Positions 28,261-37,256 of a DNA stretch of 63,628 nt are shown here, piece after piece. How positions within the stretch are numbered: position 1 is the stretch's first letter; every line of letters starts with the position of its first letter. This DNA is from an uncultured Gammaproteobacteria bacterium (lineage in GTDB: Bacteria; Patescibacteriota; Microgenomatia; PFEM01; CAYPPS01): positions 1 to 63,628 of the forward strand of contig CAZZNI010000002.1 in assembly GCA_964655765.1 (NCBI GenBank), in the 5' to 3' direction. The notes beneath the pieces were generated by a model that was not told the origin of the DNA, searched no databases, and worked only from the letters and a program-made list of their open reading frames with translations. Made by a program: the position numbers and the translations under genes.

Positions 28261-28944
28261 TTAGACTCTTTCGGCAAAGACAAGCAGCCGTTTCCAGGTG
28301 GTGCCTGGTGGCCAACAAGTCTGAAGTATCACGATTTCTCTATCCTCGGTATAAAAAAGATATCTGGTATCTTTTGGTTCAACAGTTTTTTTATCATATA
28401 CCTTATAGAGATAATTTTTACCGCTTAGGGTAATAACAATAGTATCATTGTTTTCCAGTTGGTTAAGCAGTATAAAAACGGCGTTGTAGCGGATGGCGTT
28501 AAAGGGAGTATCGGACGAGTGGGCAAAAAGAAAAATCGTTTTTCCTTGTCCGGGGAAGGCAGTGCCTTGAGCGTGAGCAACACCGCTTTTTAAAATCTTT
28601 TCATAGATGTCTTTATTATGAGGCGGGATGTTGGGGAAAATTTGCGCACTGGCTTTAATTTTGGGGATGTCAATATAAAAGTTAGTATAGTCAATTACTT
28701 CGGTTTGTTTAACTACCGGTGGGATAAATTCTTGTTGGGGTAAAACTAGGTAATTAAAATAGGCTTTAGTTAGAGGAAAGTAGATAAAACCAAGATAAAA
28801 AAATCCGAGCAGGAAAAGACCTGTCCCCAGGGAAAAGAAAAAGGTTTGTATTGGGGAGGGGTTAAAAAAAAGAATCCCCTTTTGTTTTTTACCAACTTTA
28901 ATGGTTTTCTTTTTTGGTGTGGCGCGAAAAAAATCTCCTAACAT
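28261..28944 (-). CDS. Sortase
   Basis: GVAHAQGTAFPG, LFAHSS, ILQTCWPPG, KRLLV. Confidence 0.9.
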   Translation of the reverse strand: MLGDFFRATPKKKTIKVGKKQKGILFFNPSPIQTFFFSLGTGLFLLGFFYLGFIYFPLTKAYFNYLVLPQQEFIPPVVKQTEVIDYTNFYIDIPKIKASAQIFPNIPPHNKDIYEKILKSGVAHAQGTAFPGQGKTIFLFAHSSDTPFNAIRYNAVFILLNQLENNDTIVITLSGKNYLYKVYDKKTVEPKDTRYLFYTEDREIVILQTCWPPGTTWKRLLVFAERV

Positions 28945-28983
28945 GTTTTTATTATCGCTTAGAAGAAGAAGTTTTACTAGTTT

Positions 28984-29217
28984 TTAAGCGGCTTGGGGAA
29001 TGACCGTTTGCTTTTTTCCAAGGCTGGTAATCCTGTCTTCGTGGTTAGAAAGACGATGGGATGAAAAAGTAATACTTTCTCTAATTGTTTTCAATTCGCC
29101 CATCATTTCATCAAGCAAGGTGACGATTTCATCCTTTGTCCCTTTTATTTCTTGCTTGGTGGCAAAAACTTGTTTAAAAGTATTTTCTAGTAAATCGAGA
29201 TCTTTTTGGGTCAGCAT
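28984..29217 (-). CDS. Small coiled-coil hypothetical protein
   Basis: 77-aa ORF (MLTQKDL...FATKQE...HEDRITSL) with a -10-like box just upstream. Confidence 0.65.
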   Translation of the reverse strand: MLTQKDLDLLENTFKQVFATKQEIKGTKDEIVTLLDEMMGELKTIRESITFSSHRLSNHEDRITSLGKKQTVIPQAA

Positions 29218-29240
29218 AAAGGTAGTTTATCACAAAAATT

Positions 29241-31217
29241 TTACTGATTTAGGATTTTGTTGATGGTGTCGCGTAGTTTGATTGCCTGTTCAAAGTTTAA
29301 GTCACTGGCATGCTTTCTCATTTGTCTTCTAAGCTTGGGGATTAATTTCTTTTTTTCTCCTGGAGTCATTGCCTCAAGTTCATATTTTTCCTCCTCCTGC
29401 TTTTTGGTAATAATCCTGTTTCGAATTGATTTTTCGATTGTTTTGGGGGTTATATTATGTTTTTGGTTGTAAGCAAGCTGGATCTGTCTTCTTCTGGTTA
29501 CTTCTTCGATTGCTAGTTTCATTGCCTGGCTTGTTTCGTCGGCGTAAAGAATTACCTTTCCTTCCACATTTCTGGCCGCCCGTCCCATGGTTTGGACAAG
29601 AGAGGTTTTTGATCTTAGAAAGCCTTGTTTGTCAGCATCCAGTATGGCAACCAGTGATACTTCCGGTAAATCTAAGCCCTCCCGGAGTAGATTAATACCA
29701 ACAAGAACATCGTACTTACCGGATCTTAGGTCGGCCAAAATATCACTTCGTTCCAGTGTGTCAATGTCGGCGTGAAGATAGTTGACCGATAGCAAAACAC
29801 CGGTATTTTTTACTTCTGATAGATAAGCTGACAATTCTTCAGCCATTTTTTTGGTTAAAGTGGTGATTAAAACTCTTTCCTTCGCTTTTTTTCTAGCAAT
29901 GATTTCTTTGACCAGATCCTGGATTTGGCCGTCGGTTTTTCTTATTTCAACTTGAGGATCAACCAGGCCAGTCGGACGGATTAGTTGTTCAACAACTGTT
30001 TTTTCTGATTTATCAATTTCCCATTGATCAGGGGTGGCGGAAACAAAGACCATTTTTTTAGCTCTTTTTAGAAACTCGTCAAAGTTTAAAGGGCGGTTAT
30101 CGAGAGCCGAAGGCATTCTGAAGCCAAAATCAATCAGAGTTTGTTTCCTTGATCGGTCACCCTGGTACATGCCTCTTATTTGCGGAATAGTCATGTGTGA
30201 CTCGTCAATGACAATCAAAAAGTCATCGCCAAATTTCTGCTTGAAATAGTCGATTAAGCTATAGGGAGCCTGGCCGGGTAGTCTGCCATCGAAATATCTT
30301 GAATAGTTTTCGATGCCGTTGACAAAGCCGGTTTCTCGGATCATTTCCAGGTCGTAAGTGATTTTTTGTTCCAATCTCTTGGCTTCCAACTGCTTTTTTT
30401 GTTTTTTTAATTCCTCAAGCCGGATAGCCAGATCTTGCTTGATTTGTTTAAAAGCATTTTCCATTAAGCTCTGGTTCATTAAATAGTGTTTGGCTGGATA
30501 AATGGCACAGTTTCGTAATGGTTTTGATTTTAGTTCCCAAAAGGGCCGGCTGGTTATTTCCTTAATTTCTCTTTTATCAAAAATAATTTTGACGATATCA
30601 TCACTGTAGGCCGGATAAATTTCAACCTGGTTACCTCTGGTTCTGAAACTGCCGCGATTAAACTCTACTCTTGATCTGACATAATGCATCGCCACCAGTT
30701 TATACAAAAAATCTTCCAATTTAATTCTCTCCCCAACTTTAAAATTGACAATTGAGCGTTGGTATTCCAAAGGGGAACCGATATTGTAAATACAAGAAAC
30801 GGAGGCAACCACCAAAACATCATCTTGCGAAAAGATATCACTGGTGGCCTGCAGTCTTAATTTATCAATTTCCTGGTTGATGTCGGTTTCTTTAGCGATG
30901 TAGGTATCAGTTTGAGGGATATAAGCCTCTGGTTGATAATAATCATAGTAAGAAACGAAATAAGAAACGGCGTTTTGAGGGAAATATTCCTTAAATTCCT
31001 GATAAAGCTGCCCAGCCAGTGTTTTATTGTGGGAAATTATCAGTGTTGGTTTTTGAACATTTTCGATAAAACTGGCAATTGAAAAAGTTTTTCCCGAACC
31101 AGTAACTCCAAGCAGAACTTGGTTGTTTTTGCCATTGTTAAAGTTACTGGTTAACTTTTCAATTGCCTGAGGTTGATCACCGGTTGGCTGGTAGTTGGCT
31201 TTAAGTTTAAGTTTCAC
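29241..31217 (-). CDS. uvrB: Excinuclease ABC subunit B
   Basis: PTGDQP, GVTGSGKT, YYDYYQPEAY, DESH, QTMGRAARN. Confidence 0.97.
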   Translation of the reverse strand: MKLKLKANYQPTGDQPQAIEKLTSNFNNGKNNQVLLGVTGSGKTFSIASFIENVQKPTLIISHNKTLAGQLYQEFKEYFPQNAVSYFVSYYDYYQPEAYIPQTDTYIAKETDINQEIDKLRLQATSDIFSQDDVLVVASVSCIYNIGSPLEYQRSIVNFKVGERIKLEDFLYKLVAMHYVRSRVEFNRGSFRTRGNQVEIYPAYSDDIVKIIFDKREIKEITSRPFWELKSKPLRNCAIYPAKHYLMNQSLMENAFKQIKQDLAIRLEELKKQKKQLEAKRLEQKITYDLEMIRETGFVNGIENYSRYFDGRLPGQAPYSLIDYFKQKFGDDFLIVIDESHMTIPQIRGMYQGDRSRKQTLIDFGFRMPSALDNRPLNFDEFLKRAKKMVFVSATPDQWEIDKSEKTVVEQLIRPTGLVDPQVEIRKTDGQIQDLVKEIIARKKAKERVLITTLTKKMAEELSAYLSEVKNTGVLLSVNYLHADIDTLERSDILADLRSGKYDVLVGINLLREGLDLPEVSLVAILDADKQGFLRSKTSLVQTMGRAARNVEGKVILYADETSQAMKLAIEEVTRRRQIQLAYNQKHNITPKTIEKSIRNRIITKKQEEEKYELEAMTPGEKKKLIPKLRRQMRKHASDLNFEQAIKLRDTINKILNQ

Positions 31218-31263
31218 CTATCTATTTTAACACCTGATAAGAGTTGTTATAATGAATTGGCAA

Positions 31264-32007
31264 ATGGTGAAAATAAAAGATTCTTTTAACGAAGTTTTTG
31301 GTGACAAGAAAAAAGTTTTGTGTGTCTTTGCCCATCCGGATGACATGGAACTTATTTGCGGAGGAACAATGGCTCGTTTTATAAATGGTGGGGGTAAAGT
31401 TCGGCTGGTGGTAACAACTAATGGCGGCAAAGGGGTTAAAAATTTAAAAGGGATTTCGGAAGAGGGGTTTGCCAAAAGGAGGAGTGTTGAACAGATTGGG
31501 GGTGGTTTAATAATCGGTATTCCTAAAGAGGAAAATTTTAATTTGGGTATTGCTGACGGAGAAGTGGAATCGTCAGTAGAAAATATCGGTAAAATCGTTT
31601 TTCATATTCGGCAATTTAAACCAGATATTGTTATTACCCATAACCCCAGTCCGGTTTTTGTTTCCTTTTCCAAAACGATAGGCTGGGTAAACCATCGTGA
31701 TCATAGAAACACTGCCTTGATAGCAGTCGATGCTTCTTATCCCTACTCGCGAGACCGAGGGTTTTTTCGGCAACAATTGGAAAGAGACGGGCTGGAACCT
31801 CATGAAGTTAATTGTTTACTGATGTCCGACTCTTATACTGATCCGTCTCTTCGGTATTTTGAAGTTGGGGATTATTTACAACAAAGAGAGAAAGCACTGC
31901 TGGCTCATAAGAGTGTAACTAACCCGGCAATGATTAAGGATTTAATGGAAGAAATAAAATTCAAAGAGGGTAGTTTTGAGCCACTTGGTTTTCGCGATTT
32001 TGACTAG
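31264..32007 (+). CDS. PIG-L/LmbE family deacetylase
   Basis: FAHPDD, TNGGKG, NHRDH. Confidence 0.9.
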   Translation: MVKIKDSFNEVFGDKKKVLCVFAHPDDMELICGGTMARFINGGGKVRLVVTTNGGKGVKNLKGISEEGFAKRRSVEQIGGGLIIGIPKEENFNLGIADGEVESSVENIGKIVFHIRQFKPDIVITHNPSPVFVSFSKTIGWVNHRDHRNTALIAVDASYPYSRDRGFFRQQLERDGLEPHEVNCLLMSDSYTDPSLRYFEVGDYLQQREKALLAHKSVTNPAMIKDLMEEIKFKEGSFEPLGFRDFD

Positions 32008-32083
32008 TGTTTTCATTAAATTGAGTTTAATAGCTCTTTTGCGGTAAAATAGGAGTATCTGTTTTAGTAAAAATAGGTTTCTT

Positions 32084-32194
32084 GGCGCTATCGTTACCGA
32101 TCATGTGATCGAGTATCCGCGAGTAATCGGGACTAGTGGTCTAGGGCATCAGTTTCTCATCCTGAAAATCGAGCCTTAATTCCCGACAGTGTTA
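32084..32194 (+). pseudogene. Degenerate tRNA-Glu(CTC) with a 38-nt insertion in the D arm
   Basis: GGCGCTATCGT [32095-32132] CTAGTGGTCTAGGGCATCAGTTTCTCATCCTGA. T arm and 3' acceptor strand are eroded. Confidence 0.6.
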
Positions 32195-32216
32195 ATGTTA
32201 TACTTTTTCGTAACCG

Positions 32217-33722
32217 ATGCAGATAAAAAAGGTTCAAAAGAAAGAGACTAAAATAGGTCAGATAAACCGCAAAAATTTACCAAGATTGCTAGTTTTGGGA
32301 TTTTTATTTGCTTTTGTTTTAACCAGCCTAGCCTTTGTTGCTCTTGTGACTTACCGGAAGCGGTCAATCCCCAAAGATTGGTCTGTCTACTCAAACAAGT
32401 ATTATGGGTACTCAGTGTTCTATGATCCCAACCAGTTTTTTGTCCAAACGGACTCTTACGGGCCTGAATCAGGAGAGGATATTTCTATTATTATTAATAA
32501 GATTAACAGGGCAAGTTTTAATGGTCGTGATAGCACGGAAGTAATAAAGAATTTACTTCAGGAGAATGTAAGAAGTAGAGAACAGTGGTCACCAGACCCG
32601 AAAACTGTTTTGTGGAAATTGTCGTTTTCCAAACCATATTTGTTGTCAAGTGAGGAACTTGCTTTATTATCTAAGTGCGGCCAATTGTCAACCAAAACAG
32701 GAGTAAAATATTTCTCTTGCCCGAATAAATTTCTCTTACCGTTGACCTTTCCTTATGAAAAAACTACCCCGTTTATTCGTATTTTAACTGAGTCGGTTAG
32801 TTCGGATTTGACAGAGGATGACAAAAAATTGGTCGCCGAAATGCTTCGTAGTATTAACCTTGAAGCTGTTGACCTTCCTTTAACTTACCCGACCAAGGGT
32901 CAACTTGAAAGATCGGTTCGCCCAATGCTCTGTGCTATCCATTCTCACAGTTACAACAATTTTGATATTTGTGAAAATGGGCTGAAAGTTTATGACCCTT
33001 ACTTAATTGCTTCGGCTGAGGAGATAATTAAAACGGTTAATTTGGTAAAGCCGTTGTCATATTGTAAGCTTGACATCTCGTTTTTCCCGGATATAAGTGG
33101 GGTTGAGTGCCCTTACCCGGGCCAGGACGATTTATACGATATTTATTCTTTGGGACAGTGTGGTAATCGTCCATTGTGCGGCAAGCCTTTAGTTGAAGAT
33201 GGTGTTTATGAAAACACCTCATTGGGTAAATCTACGGCTTTGGCGGAAATCGTAAAGCTGTTGTCTGTTCCTGGTGGCTGGGAATATTATGTGTCAAGTT
33301 GGGGAAATTTCGCCATTGCTGCTCCAGTTAATTGGGACATCCATGAATCAATGGGTGGAGCCCAGGGCAAGGAATTTAATTTTGTGAATGTAGTCAGTCC
33401 CGATAAAAAGCTTAAATTATCTATAAATGATGCTAGCCGGATTGTTGTTTTCCGGACTGAAACTGACATTCCAGCTTCAGCAGTAAAACTTGGAACTTTC
33501 TTTTGTGGACGATACGCATCTTGCGGTTTGGTTCGTTACAAAAGTGACGATCCCATGTTTAAAGTTCCTGTTTATGAGTATGGATTATACAGATTGAATG
33601 AAGCTAATATTTTTAGTTTACCTAATCAGGTTTTAATTTATATCCATGACGAAACAACTGGAGATATTGGTTTGGTTGATAGAATGGTAAAAACCCTATT
33701 GACCCTCTCTCCGGAAAACTAA
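32217..33722 (+). CDS. Membrane-anchored Cys-rich hypothetical protein with two PsbP-like starts
   Basis: N-terminal TM; WSVYSNKYYGYSVFYDP and WEYYVSSWGNFAIAAPVNW; flanked by direct repeats. Confidence 0.7.
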   Translation: MQIKKVQKKETKIGQINRKNLPRLLVLGFLFAFVLTSLAFVALVTYRKRSIPKDWSVYSNKYYGYSVFYDPNQFFVQTDSYGPESGEDISIIINKINRASFNGRDSTEVIKNLLQENVRSREQWSPDPKTVLWKLSFSKPYLLSSEELALLSKCGQLSTKTGVKYFSCPNKFLLPLTFPYEKTTPFIRILTESVSSDLTEDDKKLVAEMLRSINLEAVDLPLTYPTKGQLERSVRPMLCAIHSHSYNNFDICENGLKVYDPYLIASAEEIIKTVNLVKPLSYCKLDISFFPDISGVECPYPGQDDLYDIYSLGQCGNRPLCGKPLVEDGVYENTSLGKSTALAEIVKLLSVPGGWEYYVSSWGNFAIAAPVNWDIHESMGGAQGKEFNFVNVVSPDKKLKLSINDASRIVVFRTETDIPASAVKLGTFFCGRYASCGLVRYKSDDPMFKVPVYEYGLYRLNEANIFSLPNQVLIYIHDETTGDIGLVDRMVKTLLTLSPEN

Positions 33723-33778
33723 CCACTTTTTGCTATCCAATTGAGCTTTTTTGAGCCTTAAGGTAGAATAAGGGCATC

Positions 33779-33853
33779 TGGCGCTATCGTTACCGATCAT
33801 GTGATCGAGTATCCGCGAGTAATCGGGACTAGTTGGTCTAGGGCATCAGTTTC
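33779..33853 (+). repeat. 75-bp direct repeat of 32083-32156 (5' half of the pseudo-tRNA-Glu)
   Basis: Identical apart from one extra T. Confidence 0.95.
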
Positions 33854-33865
33854 CCTGTCCGCAAT

Positions 33866-33939
33866 GCCGCCATCGTCTAGTGGCCCAGGATATCTGGTTC
33901 TCATCCAGAAGATCGGGGGTTCGAATCCCCCTGGCGGCA
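33866..33939 (+). tRNA. tRNA-Glu (CTC)
   Basis: GCCGCCA/TGGCGGC acceptor, TCTGG-TT-CTC-AT-CCAGA anticodon arm, GGGGGTTCGAATCCCCC T arm. Confidence 0.95.
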
Positions 33940-33953
33940 CAGCTATGGCAAGC

Positions 33954-34568
33954 TCAGGGTAAGCTGAGGCTTACTTCGGTTAGGGTTTCTTTGATTTCTT
34001 GGTCGCTTACTTTCTTGCCTGGCATAAATTCGACTTTCTCTGAATAATCGATATCTTCAAAATAAGCGAGCTGTTCTCGCAAAAGTTTTTCGTTGAATTC
34101 TCCTTTGAAAATTTTCTTTGCCTGTTTGGAAATCTCACTTAGCGAATATCGTTTAAAAAGAAAGTACAAATCAACATAATCCTTCCACTTGGCTCGTCTT
34201 CCCAAAGCAAAAGATTTCATTGAAGCGAGGGTTAATAAATCTGGTGTTTTAATAATATTTTTCAAGGTAATTTGGTACTTGATGTTGAAGGGATATTTAT
34301 AAAAGGTAATTTTCACCTTGTTAACCAGAATTGTTAATTCGTTGGGCCTGTCAACGAATACTTTTTCGATTCTGAATTCATCTCTGATTTGATCTTGAAT
34401 GCGGGTATTGAAGAAGCGTTTGTTGGAAAACAAATCAAAATCAATTGACCGGCGGTGGCCAATTTGCAGGGCAATAGCAGTTCCGCCGACTAGACCAAAT
34501 TGACCCGAGAAGTTTCTAATGGGTGACAGCAGCTCCTTTTGCTCTTTGGTGAGTACCTCTTCATGCAT
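33954..34568 (-). CDS. AbiEii/AbiGii-like nucleotidyltransferase toxin
   Basis: LVGGTAIALQIGHRRSIDFDLF, MKSFALGRRAKWKDYVDLY. Confidence 0.85.
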   Translation of the reverse strand: MHEEVLTKEQKELLSPIRNFSGQFGLVGGTAIALQIGHRRSIDFDLFSNKRFFNTRIQDQIRDEFRIEKVFVDRPNELTILVNKVKITFYKYPFNIKYQITLKNIIKTPDLLTLASMKSFALGRRAKWKDYVDLYFLFKRYSLSEISKQAKKIFKGEFNEKLLREQLAYFEDIDYSEKVEFMPGKKVSDQEIKETLTEVSLSLP

Positions 34569-34833
34569 ATCTAGCAAAATACTTTTTGAAATAGTTTTTT
34601 GTTTCCGGCCTGATATTGGATCGTTTTTTGTTGGCTATCTTTTTAAAGAGTAGTTGAGAGTTTTTAATCCCGAATATGTTTTGTAATTTTGTAAAGTCTT
34701 CCCAGTCGCCGTGATTTATAATCGCCTCAAAGATGCTTTCTTGAGAAAGATTTTGGAAGTTTTTTGAGTACCAGATCAAATATGGCTTGCTCCTGATAAA
34801 TATCCGTGCCTTATGAGTTTTAGAAGCTTTCAC
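34561..34833 (-). CDS. Small putative antitoxin partner of the nucleotidyltransferase
   Basis: YLIWY...IINHGDWED; overlaps the toxin start; GTG start after TAAAAT. Confidence 0.7.
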   Translation of the reverse strand: MKASKTHKARIFIRSKPYLIWYSKNFQNLSQESIFEAIINHGDWEDFTKLQNIFGIKNSQLLFKKIANKKRSNIRPETKNYFKKYFARYA

Positions 34834-34857
34834 TCTATTATTTTACCATATTGGTAC

Positions 34858-35121
34858 TTACCATTCAGACATGGCTCGAAGCGCCCAACAGAGACCCTCG
34901 TGGCGTTGATTGGTGCCATAAACAGTAAAACATTTTTGGCAAACAGCGCCTGGTTGGCCCGTTTTTACTGGGGTTAATATTACTAACAATTCGCCAACGG
35001 CATGATCACCGCCACCGGCTCCGCAGCCGTGCATAGATGGATTAATAGCCCAACTGTGTTGTCCATCCGGGCAAATTGGCGGTAAGTCCGGCTCTTTTTC
35101 CGGTGATGGTTTTTCGTGCAT
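34858..35121 (-). CDS. Small Cys/His-containing hypothetical protein
   Basis: CPDGQH, CQKC; TATAAT 8 nt upstream of the ATG. Confidence 0.5.
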   Translation of the reverse strand: MHEKPSPEKEPDLPPICPDGQHSWAINPSMHGCGAGGGDHAVGELLVILTPVKTGQPGAVCQKCFTVYGTNQRHEGLCWALRAMSEW

Positions 35122-35141
35122 GGTGATTAATTATAGGGCTA

Positions 35142-35251
35142 TTGACAAAAAAAGTTTAGTTTTATATCATTTTGCGAGGATAATGAACCTCCCTCAAGAA
35201 GACTTTCGCAAAAAGCTTCGAGATAAAGAAACGGGAGGTTTTTCGTTTTAA
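35142..35251 (+). promoter_or_regulatory. greA promoter and attenuator-like leader
   Basis: TTGACA (35142), 17 nt, TATCAT; AACCTCCC...GGGAGGTT stem followed by a T tract before greA. Confidence 0.6.
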
Positions 35252-35276
35252 TAGCTTTTAAAGAAAAAAAAATAAC

Positions 35277-35744
35277 ATGATTAATAATGATGACAAGATA
35301 TTGCTGACTAAACAGGGCTTGGAAAACCTTCGTCAAGAATTTGACCGGTTGAATAAAAGGAGACCGGAGATTATCGAACGGGTTGAAGAAGCCAGACAAC
35401 AAGGTGATCTTAAAGAAAATGCCGAATATCAAAATAGCCGGGAAGAGCTGACTTTTATTGATGGTCGGATCGAAGAACTGAAATCAGTTTTAGAACGGGC
35501 TGAAGTTGCCGATGAAAACAATGGCTGTCAAGAGGTTGCTTTAGGTTGTAAAGTTACGGTTGGGGTTAACCAGGATGAACATGTTTACCATTTAGTTGGT
35601 GAATGGGAAGCTGACCCGATGGAAAAAAAGATTTCCCATCAATCGCCGCTGGGCAAAGCCTTAATGGGCAAAAAAATTGGTCAGGAAGTTGAGGTTGAAG
35701 TGCCAGCCGGTAAGTTAAACTACAAAGTTTTGTCGATTGACTAA
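35277..35744 (+). CDS. greA: Transcription elongation factor GreA
   Basis: GDLKENAEY, ISHQSPLGKALMG. Confidence 0.96.
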   Translation: MINNDDKILLTKQGLENLRQEFDRLNKRRPEIIERVEEARQQGDLKENAEYQNSREELTFIDGRIEELKSVLERAEVADENNGCQEVALGCKVTVGVNQDEHVYHLVGEWEADPMEKKISHQSPLGKALMGKKIGQEVEVEVPAGKLNYKVLSID

Positions 35745-35804
35745 ATTTTCTTTTAAAAAACAGCTGTTTTGTGCTAAACTCTTGGAATAACAGAGGCTGT
35801 TTCC

Positions 35805-37256
35805 ATGGCTAAACCAATAGAAGAATTAAAAAAAATTCGCCTGACCAAATTAAAAGAGATAGAGGCCTTAGGGATTGATCCTTTTCCGGCTCGAGCTAAA
35901 AAGGAGCAATCGGTTGCCTCGGCACTAAAAAGCATTGATAAAAAGGTAGCGGTAGCTGGCCGGATTACTGCTATAAGAGGCCATGGCCGGATTCAGTTTT
36001 TTGACTTAACTGATCAAAGTGGAAAAATTCAACTGGTTTTTAAAGCCGATGAAATTAATGACAGCCAGCGTCGATTGTTGCCGCTTTTGGATGTTGGCGA
36101 TTTTTTAACTGCCACTGGAAAAGTTTTTGCTACCAACGCTGGTGAAACTTCGATTTTGGTTAAAGATTTTGCCCTTGTAAGCAAAGCCATCCGTCCGTTA
36201 CCGTCTAAATGGTATGGTCTAAAGGATGTCGAGGCCCGTTTCCGTAAGCGCTATCTTGATTTACTACTTAACCCGTCGATAAAAGAGGTGTTTATTAGCC
36301 GGACAAAGATAATCCGGGCGATTCAGCAATATCTTGATAATTTGGGTTTTATCGAAGTGGAGACACCGGTTTTGCAAAATCTTTACGGCGGGACTAATGC
36401 CAAGCCATTTAAAACTCATCTTAATGCCTTAAATTTACCGGTTTATTTAAGGATTGCCCCAGAGCTATTTTTAAAACGATTGGTTGTTGGCGGTTTTGAG
36501 AAAGTTTATGAAATTGGCAAAGACTTTCGTAATGAGGGAATGGATTTATCTCACAATCCTGAATTTACCATGCTTGAGTTTTATCAAGCTTTTGCCGATT
36601 ACCACCAAATTATGGCGGTGACGGAAGGTTTGATGAAATTTATTGCTCAAAAATTATTCGGGAAAGAAGAGATTGTTATTAAGGGTAAAAAAATTGATCT
36701 TTCCGGTCAGTGGCCAAAGATCACAATGGTTGAAGCGATAAAAAACAATCTTGGTATTGATGTTGAGAAAATGAGCGAAAAAGAATTACTCGCTTTTGCC
36801 AGAAAACATAAATTAGAGATCAAAGGAAACGAAAGTAAAGGAATGCTTATTTTTACCATTTTTGATCACCTAATACCGCCAAAATTAATTAAACCGGTTT
36901 GGATTATTGATTACCCGATTGAAGTTAGCCCGCTTTGTAAAAAACATCCTCAAAAAGAAGGCTGGGTGGAGCGGTTTGAGGGTTATGTTGGCGGTAAGGA
37001 GCTTTGCGACGGCTGGTCGGAAATAAATTCGCCGCTAGAACAAAAACAGCGTTTTGAGAGTGAGCAAAAAGCAATGCGTCAGGGCAAAGAAGATGCTCAT
37101 CCGGTTGATAAGGATTTTTTGACTGCTTTGGAATATGGCATGCCACCTACCGGTGGTATTGGTATCGGCATTGATCGATTGACGATGTTTTTTACAGACA
37201 CTTGGTCAATTAAAGAGGTAATTTTATTTAATTTGTTAAAACCGAAACATGATTGA
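35805..37256 (+). CDS. lysS: Lysine--tRNA ligase (class II)
   Basis: RKRYLDL, LRIAPELFLKRL, FRNEG, YGMPPTGGIGIGIDR. Confidence 0.97.
   Translation: MAKPIEELKKIRLTKLKEIEALGIDPFPARAKKEQSVASALKSIDKKVAVAGRITAIRGHGRIQFFDLTDQSGKIQLVFKADEINDSQRRLLPLLDVGDFLTATGKVFATNAGETSILVKDFALVSKAIRPLPSKWYGLKDVEARFRKRYLDLLLNPSIKEVFISRTKIIRAIQQYLDNLGFIEVETPVLQNLYGGTNAKPFKTHLNALNLPVYLRIAPELFLKRLVVGGFEKVYEIGKDFRNEGMDLSHNPEFTMLEFYQAFADYHQIMAVTEGLMKFIAQKLFGKEEIVIKGKKIDLSGQWPKITMVEAIKNNLGIDVEKMSEKELLAFARKHKLEIKGNESKGMLIFTIFDHLIPPKLIKPVWIIDYPIEVSPLCKKHPQKEGWVERFEGYVGGKELCDGWSEINSPLEQKQRFESEQKAMRQGKEDAHPVDKDFLTALEYGMPPTGGIGIGIDRLTMFFTDTWSIKEVILFNLLKPKHD

Noticed and set aside
32084-32194. Functional intron-containing tRNA-Glu
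   Set aside because: Even with the insert removed, the T arm lacks TTCG, the acceptor pairing is poor, and an intact same-anticodon tRNA is nearby.
32083-33853. Diversity-generating retroelement template/variable repeat pair
   Set aside because: Copies differ by one indel, not at adenines; both are non-coding; no reverse transcriptase in the window.
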